Assembly (NCBI GenBank): GCA_963720115.1
Contig: CAVREN010000064.1
Location: 35,753-99,752 of the forward strand
Direction of reading: 5' to 3'
From: an uncultured Alphaproteobacteria bacterium
GTDB lineage: Bacteria > Pseudomonadota > Alphaproteobacteria > Rhizobiales > Xanthobacteraceae
Length of the DNA: 64,000 nt
Shown here: positions 11,066 to 20,809 of the stretch, one piece after another
Layout: every line of letters starts with the position of its first letter
Numbering within the stretch: the first letter of the stretch is position 1
The notes under the pieces: generated by a model
Database searches by the model: none
Told to the model about the DNA's origin: nothing
What the model saw: only the letters and a program-made list of their open reading frames with translations
Translations under genes and position numbers: made by a program

Positions 11066-12177
11066 TGCTTGCCGGCGGCCGCGCGCCCGTCCTTGTGGCG
11101 GCCGGCGGAACGGGGGGGCATTTGTTTCCCGCCGAAGCGCTCGCCGCGGCGCTGATCCAGCGCGGCATTCCGGTGCACCTTGCGACCGACCGGCGCGCAG
11201 CGCGCTATGGCGGCGCTTTCGTCGATGAGAGCGTGCACGTGATCGCAAGCGCGACGCTGCGCGCGCGCAATCCGGTCGCCTTGGCGCAGACCGCTGCAGC
11301 GCTTGCCACTGGTCTCATGCAGGCGTGGTCGCTGATCGGACGTATCAAGCCGGCCGCGGTGATCGGTTTCGGCGGCTATCCGACGCTGCCGCCGGTTCTG
11401 GCGGCGGCCTGGCGCGGCGTGCCGACCGTGATCCACGATGCGAATGCCGTCATCGGGCGCGCCAACCGGCTGCTGGCGCCGCGCGTCACCGCGATCGCCA
11501 CCACCTTCCCGGACATGTTTCGCGATCGGCCGCGGCTTGCCGCCAAGGCAACGCTTACCGGCAATCCGGTGCGGCCCGCGGTCGTCGCCGCCGCCGCCAC
11601 GCCGTATCCGCCCGTGACCGATCGGCTCTGGCTCCTCGTTTTCGGCGGCAGCCAAGGTGCGCGCGTCATGGCCGACGTGGTGCCCGCCGCGATCGAGGCG
11701 CTCGATCCCGCGTTGCGCGCGCGCCTCGTGATTGTCCAGCAGGCCCGCGATGAGGATCTGGCGCGGGTGCGCGATGCCTACGGCGGTTTGTCGGTCGACG
11801 CCGAAACCGCGCCCTTCTTTCCCGACCTGCCGGCGCGCATCGCGGCAAGCCATTTGGTCGTGGCGCGCTCGGGTGCTTCCACCGTCGCCGAACTCGCCGC
11901 CATCGGCCGGCCGTCCATCTTGGTGCCGCTGCCGCACGCGCTCGATCAGGATCAATTCGCCAATGCCGGCGTTCTCGCCGGCGTCAATGCCGCCATCCGG
12001 CTGCCGCAGGCCGAGTTTACGCCGCGGCGGCTCGCCGCCGAGATCACCGCGCTTGCAGGTGCGCCCAAACGGCTCGCCGCCATGGCGGCGGCGGCGAAAT
12101 TTCTCGGCCGGCTCGATGCCGCCGACCGGCTGGCGGATCTGGTTCTCAAAGTGGCCGGCAACGCCTTGCGGGACTAA
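11065..12177 (+). CDS. murG: Undecaprenyldiphospho-muramoylpentapeptide beta-N-acetylglucosaminyltransferase
   Basis: 370-aa ORF with the N-terminal GGTGGHLFPAEALA motif and a C-terminal RSGASTVAEL motif. Conserved position. Confidence 0.95.
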   Translation: MLAGGRAPVLVAAGGTGGHLFPAEALAAALIQRGIPVHLATDRRAARYGGAFVDESVHVIASATLRARNPVALAQTAAALATGLMQAWSLIGRIKPAAVIGFGGYPTLPPVLAAAWRGVPTVIHDANAVIGRANRLLAPRVTAIATTFPDMFRDRPRLAAKATLTGNPVRPAVVAAAATPYPPVTDRLWLLVFGGSQGARVMADVVPAAIEALDPALRARLVIVQQARDEDLARVRDAYGGLSVDAETAPFFPDLPARIAASHLVVARSGASTVAELAAIGRPSILVPLPHALDQDQFANAGVLAGVNAAIRLPQAEFTPRRLAAEITALAGAPKRLAAMAAAAKFLGRLDAADRLADLVLKVAGNALRD

Positions 12178-12209
12178 CTCCGTCGCTGCGAGTGTCTTGC
12201 GCAGCGCTC

Positions 12210-12260
12210 GGGCATGATCCGGAAAAGTGGAAACCGGCTTTTCCGAAAAGATCCAGCTCC
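12210..12260. repeat. 49-bp palindromic repeat unit (GGGCATGATCCGGAAAAGTGGAAACCGGCTTTTCCGAAAAGATCCAGCTC); candidate bidirectional terminator
   Basis: Member of the dispersed palindrome family also seen at 2247-2291, 38290-38452, 40800-40848 and 48136-48184. It lies between the convergent stops of murG (12177) and the cupin gene (12270). Confidence 0.8.
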
Positions 12261-12269
12261 TCTATTCCT

Positions 12270-12740
12270 CTAGTAAGGCGTGCCGTCCTTGTGCGCGAAC
12301 CGCCAGCGGCCGTCGCTACCCATAACGGCTTGCAAATCGTCGTCCGGGTAGCTGACCAAATCACCCTCGCTGCGATCGCCAATCTCGAGGATGACGCAAT
12401 CGCGCTCGCTGTTATTCTCCAGGTGATGCGCGGTGCCGTTGGCGGGGAAGCCCGCCACCATGCCGTGCCGGAGCGTTGTCTTGCCCTGATCGGTGAACAG
12501 CGTCGCTTCGCCCTCAAGAACAAAGATGAACTCATCCTGCCGCGAGTGTCGGTGGTGCAGGGAAGAAACGGCGCCCGGCGCCAGGCGGGTCAGATTGACT
12601 CCGAAATTGCGCAGACCGAAGAGGTCGCCAAGCGGACGCTTGAGCCGGCCGCCGACGCGCGCGGCGAACGGCTCCGGATAGTTGGTGATCTTGGCGCGCG
12701 GCGGCGCCTCGCGAGCAAACAAAGCTGGGCGATCAGTCAT
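12270..12740 (-). CDS. Cupin domain protein
   Basis: 156-aa ORF with a two-motif cupin signature (SSLHHRHSRQDEFIFVLEGEATLF ... GTAHHLEN). Confidence 0.8.
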   Translation of the reverse strand: MTDRPALFAREAPPRAKITNYPEPFAARVGGRLKRPLGDLFGLRNFGVNLTRLAPGAVSSLHHRHSRQDEFIFVLEGEATLFTDQGKTTLRHGMVAGFPANGTAHHLENNSERDCVILEIGDRSEGDLVSYPDDDLQAVMGSDGRWRFAHKDGTPY

Positions 12741-12838
12741 GGCGTGCCTCCGATAGTTGCTCGATGACTTGAGCCCTCAACTGGCGCGGACTAAGGTTGA
12801 CGTCAATCTTGATGCAATCGATCAACATAAAGACCGCC

Positions 12839-14002
12839 ATGAAGTGGCTGACCGCCGAGCAGGCCTTAAAGTTCCTCGGCGTCCGATCGCAGACGCTCTA
12901 CGCCAATGTCAGCCGCGGTCGGATTCGCGCCAAGCCCGATCCCGCCGACTCGCGCCGCAGTCTCTACAACGGCAACGACGTCGCCCGGTTGGCCGAGCGC
13001 CGGCCCGGCCGGCGTCCGGCGGCGACGGTAGCCACGCAGGCGATCGGCTGGGGCGATCCAGTCCTGCCGTCCGGGATTTCCACCGTCGCGAACGGGCGGC
13101 TTTGGTATCGCGGCCGGGACGCGGTGCAGCTTGCGGAAAACGCCACCCTCGAGAAGGTTGCCGGCCTCCTTTGGCAAACCTCGGCCATGCGCGCGCATGG
13201 CTATCCGGCGGCGGCGAAGTCCGCGCACGGCGGAACGCCGATTGGCCGGCTCCTGTCGGTCGTATCGGAACGGGCGGTGCTCGATCCGCCGTCGCGCGGC
13301 CGTTCGCCGGCGGTACTGAAATCGGAGGCCGAAACGCTGTTCCAGACGCTTCTGGCGGCCTCGCTCGGCACGGTCACCGCCCGTTTAGACTTGCCGGTGC
13401 ATACGCGCCTTGCCAAAGCTTGGCGCAAACTACAGGCGCAGGATATTTTGCGAAGAACACTTGTCCTTCTCGCCGACCATGAGCTTAACGCCTCGACCTT
13501 CGCCGTCCGCGTCGCCGTCTCGACGGGCGCTTCGTTGTCGGCTTGCCTGCTGGCAGGTCTTGCGACCCTGACCGGGCCCCTGCACGGCGGCGCGGCCCGC
13601 GCGCTTTCCTCCTTGCTCGATGCCGCCCGCCAAATTGGCGCCAATGAGGCCGTGCGCGAATGGCTGGGGCGCGGCGAGCCGCTTCCCGCCTTCGGTCACC
13701 CGCTCTATCCTGGAGGCGATCCGCGCGCGATTGCGCTCATGCGCCACTTCAAGCTTTCTGGCATGTTCCTCGCGGTTCAGATGGCGGCGGAAGACTTGAC
13801 CGGAGAGCCACCTAATGTCGATTTCGCGCTTGCGGCTTTGGCGGATGCCTATGCCTTGCCCCGGCAGGCCCCGTTCGTGATTTTCGCGTTGTCCCGATCG
13901 GTCGGTTGGATCGCTCATGCGCTCGAGCAGATCGCGGCCGGTCAACTGATCCGCCCGCGCGCCCGCTATGTCGGACCGGCGCTGGCCAAGGAGCAAACAT
14001 GA
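12839..14002 (+). CDS. Citrate synthase family protein with an N-terminal MerR/excisionase-type helix-turn-helix
   Basis: The N-terminus [29 protein letters not shown] looks like an HTH. The remainder carries citrate-synthase catalytic signatures ([29 protein letters not shown]). The start was chosen at ATG 12839; the ORF track begins at TTG 12797. The stop overlaps the murC ATG (ATGA at 13999). Confidence 0.75.
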   Translation: MKWLTAEQALKFLGVRSQTLYANVSRGRIRAKPDPADSRRSLYNGNDVARLAERRPGRRPAATVATQAIGWGDPVLPSGISTVANGRLWYRGRDAVQLAENATLEKVAGLLWQTSAMRAHGYPAAAKSAHGGTPIGRLLSVVSERAVLDPPSRGRSPAVLKSEAETLFQTLLAASLGTVTARLDLPVHTRLAKAWRKLQAQDILRRTLVLLADHELNASTFAVRVAVSTGASLSACLLAGLATLTGPLHGGAARALSSLLDAARQIGANEAVREWLGRGEPLPAFGHPLYPGGDPRAIALMRHFKLSGMFLAVQMAAEDLTGEPPNVDFALAALADAYALPRQAPFVIFALSRSVGWIAHALEQIAAGQLIRPRARYVGPALAKEQT

Positions 14003-15402
14003 AGCTACCGCGCGACATCGGCCCGGTGCATTTCGTCGGCATCGGCGGCATCGGCATGAGCGGCATCGCCGAGGTGATGGTCAATCTCGGTTACGTCGTG
14101 CAGGGCTCCGATCAGGCCGAGGGCGCCAACGTCAAACGGCTGCGCGAAAAGGGCGTCAAGATCGCGATCGGCCACGCCGCCAGCAATCTCGGCGACGCCA
14201 GGGTCTTGGTGGTGTCGTCGGCCGTCAAGCACGACAATCCGGAGTTGGTCGCGGCGCGCGCGCAACGGCTGCCGGTGGTGCGGCGCGCCGAAATGCTCGC
14301 CGAACTGATGCGCCTGAAAAGCTGCGTCGCCATTGCCGGCACGCACGGCAAGACCACGACCACGTCAATGGTCGCGGCGTTGCTCGATGGCGCCGGCTTC
14401 GATCCGACCGTGATCAACGGCGGCATCATCAATGCCTACGGCACCAACGCGCGGCTTGGCGCCGGCGAGTGGATGGTGGTCGAGGCCGACGAATCCGACG
14501 GCACATTTCTCAAGCTGCCCGCCGACATCGCGATCGTGACCAATATCGACCCCGAGCATCTCGATCACTTCAAGAATTTCGAAGCGGTGCAGGAAGCATT
14601 TCGCGCTTTCGTGGAAAACGTGCCGTTCTACGGATTTTCCGTGATGTGCATCGACCATCCGGTGGTGCAGACTCTCGTCGGCCGCATCGAGGACCGGCGC
14701 GTCATCACCTACGGCGAAAATCCGCAAGCCGACGTGCGGCTGCTCGACGTTTCACATGCCGGCGGCACCTCGCTGTTCTCGATCATGGTGCGCGACCGCA
14801 CCGGACAGACGGTGCGCGAGATCACGAAAATCGCGCTGCCGATGCCCGGCCGGCACAACGCGCTCAACGCCACCGCCGCCGTTGCGGTCGCGCACGAACT
14901 CGGCATCGACGATACCCGGATCAAAGAAGGGCTCGCTCAGTTCGGCGGCGTGCGGCGGCGTTTCACCCGTACCGGAACCTGGAACGGCGTCACCATCATC
15001 GACGATTACGGCCACCATCCGGTCGAGATCGCGGCCGTGCTCAAAGCGGCGCGCGAATTGACCAGGGGCCAGGTGATCGCCGTAGTGCAGCCGCATCGCT
15101 ATACCCGGCTGGCCGCTTTGTTCGAACAATTCTGCACCTGCTTCAATGACGCCGACGCGGTGATCGTCGCGCACGTCTATCCGGCCGGCGAATCCCCGAT
15201 CGAAGGCGCCGATCGCGATACGCTGGTGCAGGGGCTTCGCACCCACGGCCATCGCAATGTCGTCCCGCTCGACAGTCCTGAACGGCTCGCCTCCCTGGTC
15301 GCCGGCATGACCCAGCCCGGCGACTATGTGGTCTGCCTCGGCGCCGGCTCGATCACCCAGTGGGCCTATGCGCTGCCGGGAGAATTGGCGGCGGCGAGCT
15401 GA
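13999..15402 (+). CDS. murC: UDP-N-acetylmuramate--L-alanine ligase
   Basis: 467 aa counted from ATG 13999 ([25 protein letters not shown]) with the Mur ligase P-loop GTHGKTTTT. Upstream residues of the 13906 ORF overlap the preceding gene and are not MurC-like. Confidence 0.95.
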   Translation: MKLPRDIGPVHFVGIGGIGMSGIAEVMVNLGYVVQGSDQAEGANVKRLREKGVKIAIGHAASNLGDARVLVVSSAVKHDNPELVAARAQRLPVVRRAEMLAELMRLKSCVAIAGTHGKTTTTSMVAALLDGAGFDPTVINGGIINAYGTNARLGAGEWMVVEADESDGTFLKLPADIAIVTNIDPEHLDHFKNFEAVQEAFRAFVENVPFYGFSVMCIDHPVVQTLVGRIEDRRVITYGENPQADVRLLDVSHAGGTSLFSIMVRDRTGQTVREITKIALPMPGRHNALNATAAVAVAHELGIDDTRIKEGLAQFGGVRRRFTRTGTWNGVTIIDDYGHHPVEIAAVLKAARELTRGQVIAVVQPHRYTRLAALFEQFCTCFNDADAVIVAHVYPAGESPIEGADRDTLVQGLRTHGHRNVVPLDSPERLASLVAGMTQPGDYVVCLGAGSITQWAYALPGELAAAS

Positions 15403-15405
15403 GAC

Positions 15406-16200
15406 ATGGCGCGAAAGAAGCCCGCTCCGGAATTGGTTCGCAATGTGCGCGCCTTGTTCGGCAACGATCGCACGCCGGCGGACCTCAAGCCGATCAAGAA
15501 ATGCCTGGCCGTGCGCCACGTCGCGTTTGAGGATCTCGGCTTGTTGGGTCCGCTTGTCTCTTCGCGCGGCTACGGCGTGCGCTACCACGATGCCGGCGTG
15601 CAGCCGATCGACGCGGAAACGCTGCTCGCGCCCGATTTGCTGGTCGTGCTGGGAGGTCCGATCGGTGTTTATGAAACCGACTCCTATCCGTTCATCACCG
15701 ACGAGATCGCCGCCGTCGCAGCCCGGCTTGCCGCCGGCAAGCCGACACTCGGCATTTGCCTCGGCGCGCAGATGATGGCGGTGGCGCTCGGCGCGCGCGT
15801 CGCGCCCGGACCGGAGAAAGAAATCGGCTGGTCGCCGTTGCAACTGACGGCCGAAGGTCAAAAATCGCCGCTGGCGCCGCTCGGCGCGACGCCGGTGCTG
15901 CACTGGCACGGCGACAATTGCGAACTCCCGGCCGGCTGCACCAAGCTTGCCTCGACGCCGCATTGCCCGGTGCAAGCCTTCATGGCCGCGCCCGCGCAGC
16001 TCGGCCTGCAGTTTCATCTCGAGACCGAGCCGGCGCGCTTCGAAACCTGGCTCGTCGGTCACACCGTCGAGCTCGGCAAAGCCGGGATCGATCCGCGCCG
16101 GCTTCGCGATCAGGCGCGCGAATTCGGAGCCGCTACTCGCGAAGCCGGTCAGAGAGTATTTTCGGCCTGGCTCGACAAGGCAGTCGAGGCCGTCGCATGA
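15406..16200 (+). CDS. Class I glutamine amidotransferase-like protein
   Basis: 264-aa ORF with the nucleophile elbow [11 protein letters not shown] and a downstream HWHGD motif. The stop overlaps the murB ATG (ATGA at 16197). Confidence 0.8.
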   Translation: MARKKPAPELVRNVRALFGNDRTPADLKPIKKCLAVRHVAFEDLGLLGPLVSSRGYGVRYHDAGVQPIDAETLLAPDLLVVLGGPIGVYETDSYPFITDEIAAVAARLAAGKPTLGICLGAQMMAVALGARVAPGPEKEIGWSPLQLTAEGQKSPLAPLGATPVLHWHGDNCELPAGCTKLASTPHCPVQAFMAAPAQLGLQFHLETEPARFETWLVGHTVELGKAGIDPRRLRDQAREFGAATREAGQRVFSAWLDKAVEAVA

Positions 16201-17129
16201 GCTTTCCCGATCTTGTCGGCGCATTGCGGTCGAAAATGCCGGCACTGCGCGGGCGGCTTTTGCCGAACCAGCCGCTTGCCGATCTCACCTGGTTTCGCGT
16301 CGGCGGCCCGGCGCAAGTTCTGTTCATGCCGGAGGATGAAGACGACCTCTGCTATTTTCTGCGCGAGTTGCCGCCTGAGATTCCGGTCACGACCATCGGT
16401 CTTGGCTCCAACCTGATCGTGCGCGACGGCGGCGTGGCCGGCGTCGTGGTGCGTCTTGGCCGCGGCTTCAACGAAGTCTCGATCGATGGGCTTCACGTTC
16501 GCGCCGGCGCGGCGGTGCCGGATGTTAAGGTGGCGCGCGCGGCGCAAGAGGCCGGCATCGCCGGGCTGTCGTTTCTGCGCGGCATTCCCGGCGGCATCGG
16601 CGGCGTCCTGCGCATGAATGGCGGCGCCTATGGCGGCGAGACCAAGGACATACTGGTCGACGCGCGCGGCGTTGATCGCGGCGGCAATGCCCGGACCTAC
16701 AGCAACGCCGAGATGAATTTCAGTTACCGCCATTGCGGCGTTGCCGACGACGTGATCTTCACCCAGGCGCTGTTTGCCGGCCGATCGGGCGACGCCGCGG
16801 CCATTGCGGCCGAGATGAATAAAATCACCGAAAGCCGTGAAGCGACCCAACCGATCAAGAGCCGCACCGGTGGTTCGACGTTCAAGAATCCGCCCGGGCA
16901 CAAGGCCTGGCAATTGGTCGATGCCGCCGGCTGCCGCGGGTTGCGCATCGGCGATGCGCAGGTCTCCGAGATGCATTGCAATTTCCTGATCAATCTCGGC
17001 AACGCGACGGCGGCCGACATCGAGACACTGGGCGAAACCGTGCGCGAGCGGGTCAAGAAGAATTCCGGCATCGACCTCGCCTGGGAAATCAAGCGGATCG
17101 GCGTGCCGGGCGCGTTAACGAGCTTTTAA
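16197..17129 (+). CDS. murB: UDP-N-acetylenolpyruvoylglucosamine reductase
   Basis: 310 aa counted from ATG 16197 ([39 protein letters not shown]). FAD-binding domain followed by GSTFKNP and the C-terminal MurB domain. Confidence 0.95.
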   Translation: MSFPDLVGALRSKMPALRGRLLPNQPLADLTWFRVGGPAQVLFMPEDEDDLCYFLRELPPEIPVTTIGLGSNLIVRDGGVAGVVVRLGRGFNEVSIDGLHVRAGAAVPDVKVARAAQEAGIAGLSFLRGIPGGIGGVLRMNGGAYGGETKDILVDARGVDRGGNARTYSNAEMNFSYRHCGVADDVIFTQALFAGRSGDAAAIAAEMNKITESREATQPIKSRTGGSTFKNPPGHKAWQLVDAAGCRGLRIGDAQVSEMHCNFLINLGNATAADIETLGETVRERVKKNSGIDLAWEIKRIGVPGALTSF

Positions 17130-17157
17130 AAACGCTCCCGCGCGGTCCCCGCGTCTC

Positions 17158-18306
17158 TCAACCCTCGAATATCATCTGCCCGGCTTGAGCTTCGTGGAGG
17201 ATGAATCCTTCCAGCGGATCGAACTGGCCCTCCCAGGGCGTTGTCGCCAGCACGCGTTTGGTATCGGCATAGCCAGCCTGCCATCGCTGCTTGATCCCGC
17301 TGCGGCTGAAGTCGATGTCCTTGGCATGGTCCTCGCCGGCGAGCGCCGGCGCCAACAGGCGTACAACGTGCATGCGGGTGATACAGCCGTAGGAGGCGAG
17401 CTCGCTCGCCTCCGGCGTCGCCGCGATATCGGCAGGCAGTTTTGCCGCAAGTTCACGAATCACATGGCGCAACCTGTGTAGCTGTTTTTGCCGCGCGATG
17501 TGAGTAGCGGCGCGGCTCGCATATTGAAGGTCTTTTTGGCGGGCCAGGACCTTCCAGATGGAATCCGGTTCGGGCCCGTTGGGTGCCCACATGTGGACGG
17601 CGAACACGACACCGCTGCGACGCGGATTATCGTCGAACACCGCCTCCACCGGCGTGTTGGAAAGAATGCCGCCGTCCCAATAGAGATCGTCGTCGATCCG
17701 GACGGCGGGGAAGGCGGGCGGCAACGCCCCGGAAGCGATCACGTGTCGAATCGTCAATTCACAATCACGGCTGTCGAAATAGTGCATTTCGCCGGTTTGG
17801 ACTTTCGCGGCTCCGACCGCGAGGCGCGGCCGCCCCTTGTTCAACTGAATGGGATCGACCAGTTCCTCGAGCGTGCGTTCAAGCGGCTCCGTCGAATAGT
17901 AGCTGGAACGTTCGGGACCGAGCGGAAGGAGGCCGAGAACAGCCAAAGGGTTGGGCTTGAAGAACGCAGAAAGGCCGCCGGCGACCGTCATCAGGTTTGC
18001 CGCCCACTGCCCGAAAAGGGGGGCCGCACCAGTCAACTGCGAGAGGGGCGGATGGGTGACCCGGCGCCAGAATTCCTCAAGCCGCGACAGACGCTGCCCG
18101 GGAGGGTTGCCGGCAATGAGGCTCGCATTGATCGCGCCGATGGACGTGCCGATCACCCAATCCGGCTCGATGCCGGCCTCGCTGAGGGCCTGATAGACGC
18201 CGACCTGATAAGCACCGAGCGCGCCGCCGCCTTGCAGCACAAGCACAATTTGGCCAAGCCTCCCCCGATCAAGCCTCGCACGATCCAATTTGGGGTCATC
18301 GGTCAT
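17158..18306 (-). CDS. Patatin-like phospholipase
   Basis: Oxyanion motif GGGALGAY, nucleophile GTSIGAINA (GxSxG) and catalytic DGG (YWDGGILSNTP). The start was chosen at ATG 18306, preceded by GGAG. ATG 18321 is an alternative. The Arg-rich extension further upstream overlaps the MFS gene. Confidence 0.85.
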   Translation of the reverse strand: MTDDPKLDRARLDRGRLGQIVLVLQGGGALGAYQVGVYQALSEAGIEPDWVIGTSIGAINASLIAGNPPGQRLSRLEEFWRRVTHPPLSQLTGAAPLFGQWAANLMTVAGGLSAFFKPNPLAVLGLLPLGPERSSYYSTEPLERTLEELVDPIQLNKGRPRLAVGAAKVQTGEMHYFDSRDCELTIRHVIASGALPPAFPAVRIDDDLYWDGGILSNTPVEAVFDDNPRRSGVVFAVHMWAPNGPEPDSIWKVLARQKDLQYASRAATHIARQKQLHRLRHVIRELAAKLPADIAATPEASELASYGCITRMHVVRLLAPALAGEDHAKDIDFSRSGIKQRWQAGYADTKRVLATTPWEGQFDPLEGFILHEAQAGQMIFEG

Positions 18307-18326
18307 GTCTGCTCCGTCCATTGTCG

Positions 18327-19511
18327 CTACGGTTGAACTGCCCGCGGCGCCGCAAGCGCTGCCTGATCGGGCAGTTTCAGCGCGATTCCGAGAACGACTG
18401 CGAGCAGCAGCGCCGCAGCCGTAGCCGCCACGCACGCTGGCCAACCGAACCGTTGAAACAGCGCGCCAGGAACCGCGCTGCCCGCAATGCCGCCGACATA
18501 GTAACACGCGAGGTAAATGCCGCTTGCAGCCGCGCGATCGGTCGCGGCGGCGCGGCCGACGAAGCCGGTGGCGACTGCTTGTGCGAAAAACGTTCCAGCG
18601 CCCACCAGGACAAGACCTTCGAGGATCGGCTCAAGGCGATCCAAAAGAAGCAGCGGCAAGCCGGCCAGCGCCACGATGATCCCGCCAAGAAAGGCCGGCC
18701 GTACGCCAACGCGGCGAACGAGGTAGCCGGCAAAAGGAGTCGTGATCACGGAGGGAACGAACACGAAATAGACCAGACCCACCGCCATCATCGGCAGGGA
18801 GATAGGACTGCGCACCAGCACGAAATTGACGTAAGTGAAAGTGGCGATGAAGGCGAAGAGGATTAAAAAGCCGATGCCGAAGCTCGTCCGCAACGCGGGA
18901 TTGCGCAGGTGCGAGCGCAGCACCGAAAGCGGGCCGCCCATTGTCGTTGTCATCGCCCGCATCGGCTCGGTCCGTGCCAGGCCAAAATAAACGAGCGCTG
19001 CGCCGGCGAGATTGAGCGCCGCAAACGCGTAGAAATTTCCGCGCAGCCCGATGCTGTCGGTCACGGCTGCCGCCATCACCCGGCCAACGAGATTGCTCAT
19101 CACGTTGCCGGTCACGTAGGCCGCCAGTGCGTTTGCCGTATCTTCGGCGCTCGATTGCTCGGCCAGATGAGCCATCGTCAGCGTAAAGGCAGTCGACATG
19201 CAGAGCCCTTGCGCAACGCGCAGGGCCAGGAACCACGCAATGTCGGGCGCGCTCGCTAGCAGTGATGTCGGGATCGCCAGGAGCGCGAGGCTGATCCAGA
19301 TGCCGCGGCGGCGGTCGAGGTCCCGGCTGAACAGCGCGACGACGACGCCGGTGACGGCCATGCCGATGGTGCTGGCATTCACGGCGACGCCCATCATCGC
19401 CGGCGTTGTCTGGTACGCGGCCACCAGTTCGGGCAGGATCGCTTGGGCGGCGAAAAGGTCGACCAGGGTCAAAAAGCTGATGAGCCCGACGACCAGCAGC
19501 CTTGCCATCAC
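18327..19511 (-). CDS. MFS transporter
   Basis: 394-aa ORF with about 12 hydrophobic segments and an MFS-like loop motif (LFSRDLDRRRGI). It lies 5 nt downstream of the cupin gene on the same strand. Confidence 0.88.
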   Translation of the reverse strand: MMARLLVVGLISFLTLVDLFAAQAILPELVAAYQTTPAMMGVAVNASTIGMAVTGVVVALFSRDLDRRRGIWISLALLAIPTSLLASAPDIAWFLALRVAQGLCMSTAFTLTMAHLAEQSSAEDTANALAAYVTGNVMSNLVGRVMAAAVTDSIGLRGNFYAFAALNLAGAALVYFGLARTEPMRAMTTTMGGPLSVLRSHLRNPALRTSFGIGFLILFAFIATFTYVNFVLVRSPISLPMMAVGLVYFVFVPSVITTPFAGYLVRRVGVRPAFLGGIIVALAGLPLLLLDRLEPILEGLVLVGAGTFFAQAVATGFVGRAAATDRAAASGIYLACYYVGGIAGSAVPGALFQRFGWPACVAATAAALLLAVVLGIALKLPDQAALAAPRAVQP

Positions 19512-19515
19512 GACG

Positions 19516-19998
19516 TCACATGCTTTCGTCTGGATTCATTTCCGGCGGCAGGATGTCGGCCGAGATCAGAACGGTCGGCTGCTTGGTGTTGTTCTTCCAC
19601 CAATGCGCCAGCGGCCCGAATTCGGCGGTCACGTCGCCGGGGCCATGTTCAATCGGCACCGCGCATGTGCTGCGGTATTCGGTGATCGAGCCGGAAATAA
19701 TGAAGATGTTGGCGGGGCGCGCCTCGTGACTGTGCCACGGCACGATGCCGCCCGGCTGCACGACGAGCTTTCGCATGCGCATCTTGCGGCCGGACAAGCC
19801 GCTTGCCATCGGCGACAGATCGATCGACGCGATGACCGTATCGGTGACGCCCTCGGGCTTCGTTGGGCCGGGTTTGGTTACATCGCTGCCGATCTTGTTG
19901 GCCGGACAGTCGGCGGCAAACGCAGTTGCCGCAAAAAGCGACGGGCCGGCGGCGACAATGGCAGCCAGAGCGATGAATCGTAGCGGAGTCGCGCGCAT
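19516..19998 (-). CDS. Exported cupin domain protein
   Basis: 160-aa ORF with a signal peptide (FIALAAIVAAGPSLFAATAFA-ADC) and a cupin motif (VVQPGGIVPWHSHEARPANIFIISG). First gene of the minus-strand cupin-MFS-patatin operon. Confidence 0.78.
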   Translation of the reverse strand: MRATPLRFIALAAIVAAGPSLFAATAFAADCPANKIGSDVTKPGPTKPEGVTDTVIASIDLSPMASGLSGRKMRMRKLVVQPGGIVPWHSHEARPANIFIISGSITEYRSTCAVPIEHGPGDVTAEFGPLAHWWKNNTKQPTVLISADILPPEMNPDESM

Positions 19999-20089
19999 GT
20001 CGAATGTCTCCTCCTATTGGGGTGGGTGCGTGCCGCGCGAACGTTTCCCGCAATCCAAACAAAAACGGAACTGCCGATTGACTCAGAAT

Positions 20090-20110
20090 TCGATAGCTGT
20101 TGGCTATCGA
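20090..20110. promoter_or_regulatory. Candidate LysR-type operator (inverted repeat with a T-N11-A core)
   Basis: TCGATAGC-TGTTG-GCTATCGA is a perfect 8-bp inverted repeat containing ATAGC-N5-GCTAT. It lies in the divergent spacer between the cupin-MFS-patatin operon and the AhpC-like gene, with a LysR gene adjacent. Confidence 0.35.
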
Positions 20111-20134
20111 GTCGTGGATTGAGACAGTGCGGTC

Positions 20135-20809
20135 TTGCCGCTAAACTCAGCCACGATGTCACGCGCGCAAACGTTATCTGAGACGATGGCCGTGCTCCGG
20201 CGCGAATTGCGCGCGCCGTTCCGAACCCTGTACGATGATTTGGTGACGCGCCTGACCGGAACGGCGACCGCGGAAGGCGCACTCAAGGAAGGCGACACTT
20301 TTCCGGAATTTGCACTTCCCGATGCCGGGGGAGAATTCGTGTTGTCGTCCAATCTTCTGAAATCTGGGCCGCTGGTCATCAACTTCTATCGCGGACAATG
20401 GTGCCCGTTTTGCGCCGCGACGATAGAAGCGATGTCGGCGGCCGCGCCGACTATCAGCGCGGCCGGCGCGACGATGATCGGCATCTCGCCCGAAGTCGGG
20501 CAAATGTCGCTCTCCACAAATCGCAAACGCGCCCTCAATTTCAAGATGCTGAGTGACGTTGATAACGGGTTGGCCTTGCAATGCGGGCTGCTGTTTCGAC
20601 TGACAGACGAGATCGTGCGGGAATATGACGCGAAGGGACCCGACCTTGCGAAGACATATGGCAATAAGAGCTGCTTCTTGCCGATACCCGCGACCTACAT
20701 CGTCCTGCCGAACGGCATCATTGGCGGCGCCTACATCAATCCGGATTTCCGCTATCGGATGGAGCCGCAGGACATCATCCGTTCCGTCGTCGAGCTTACG
20801 CCTCGATAG
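20135..20809 (+). CDS. AhpC/TSA (redoxin) family thioredoxin-fold protein
   Basis: 224-aa ORF with the motif NFYRGQWCPFCAATIEAM (CxxC-type redoxin). Confidence 0.8.
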   Translation: MPLNSATMSRAQTLSETMAVLRRELRAPFRTLYDDLVTRLTGTATAEGALKEGDTFPEFALPDAGGEFVLSSNLLKSGPLVINFYRGQWCPFCAATIEAMSAAAPTISAAGATMIGISPEVGQMSLSTNRKRALNFKMLSDVDNGLALQCGLLFRLTDEIVREYDAKGPDLAKTYGNKSCFLPIPATYIVLPNGIIGGAYINPDFRYRMEPQDIIRSVVELTPR

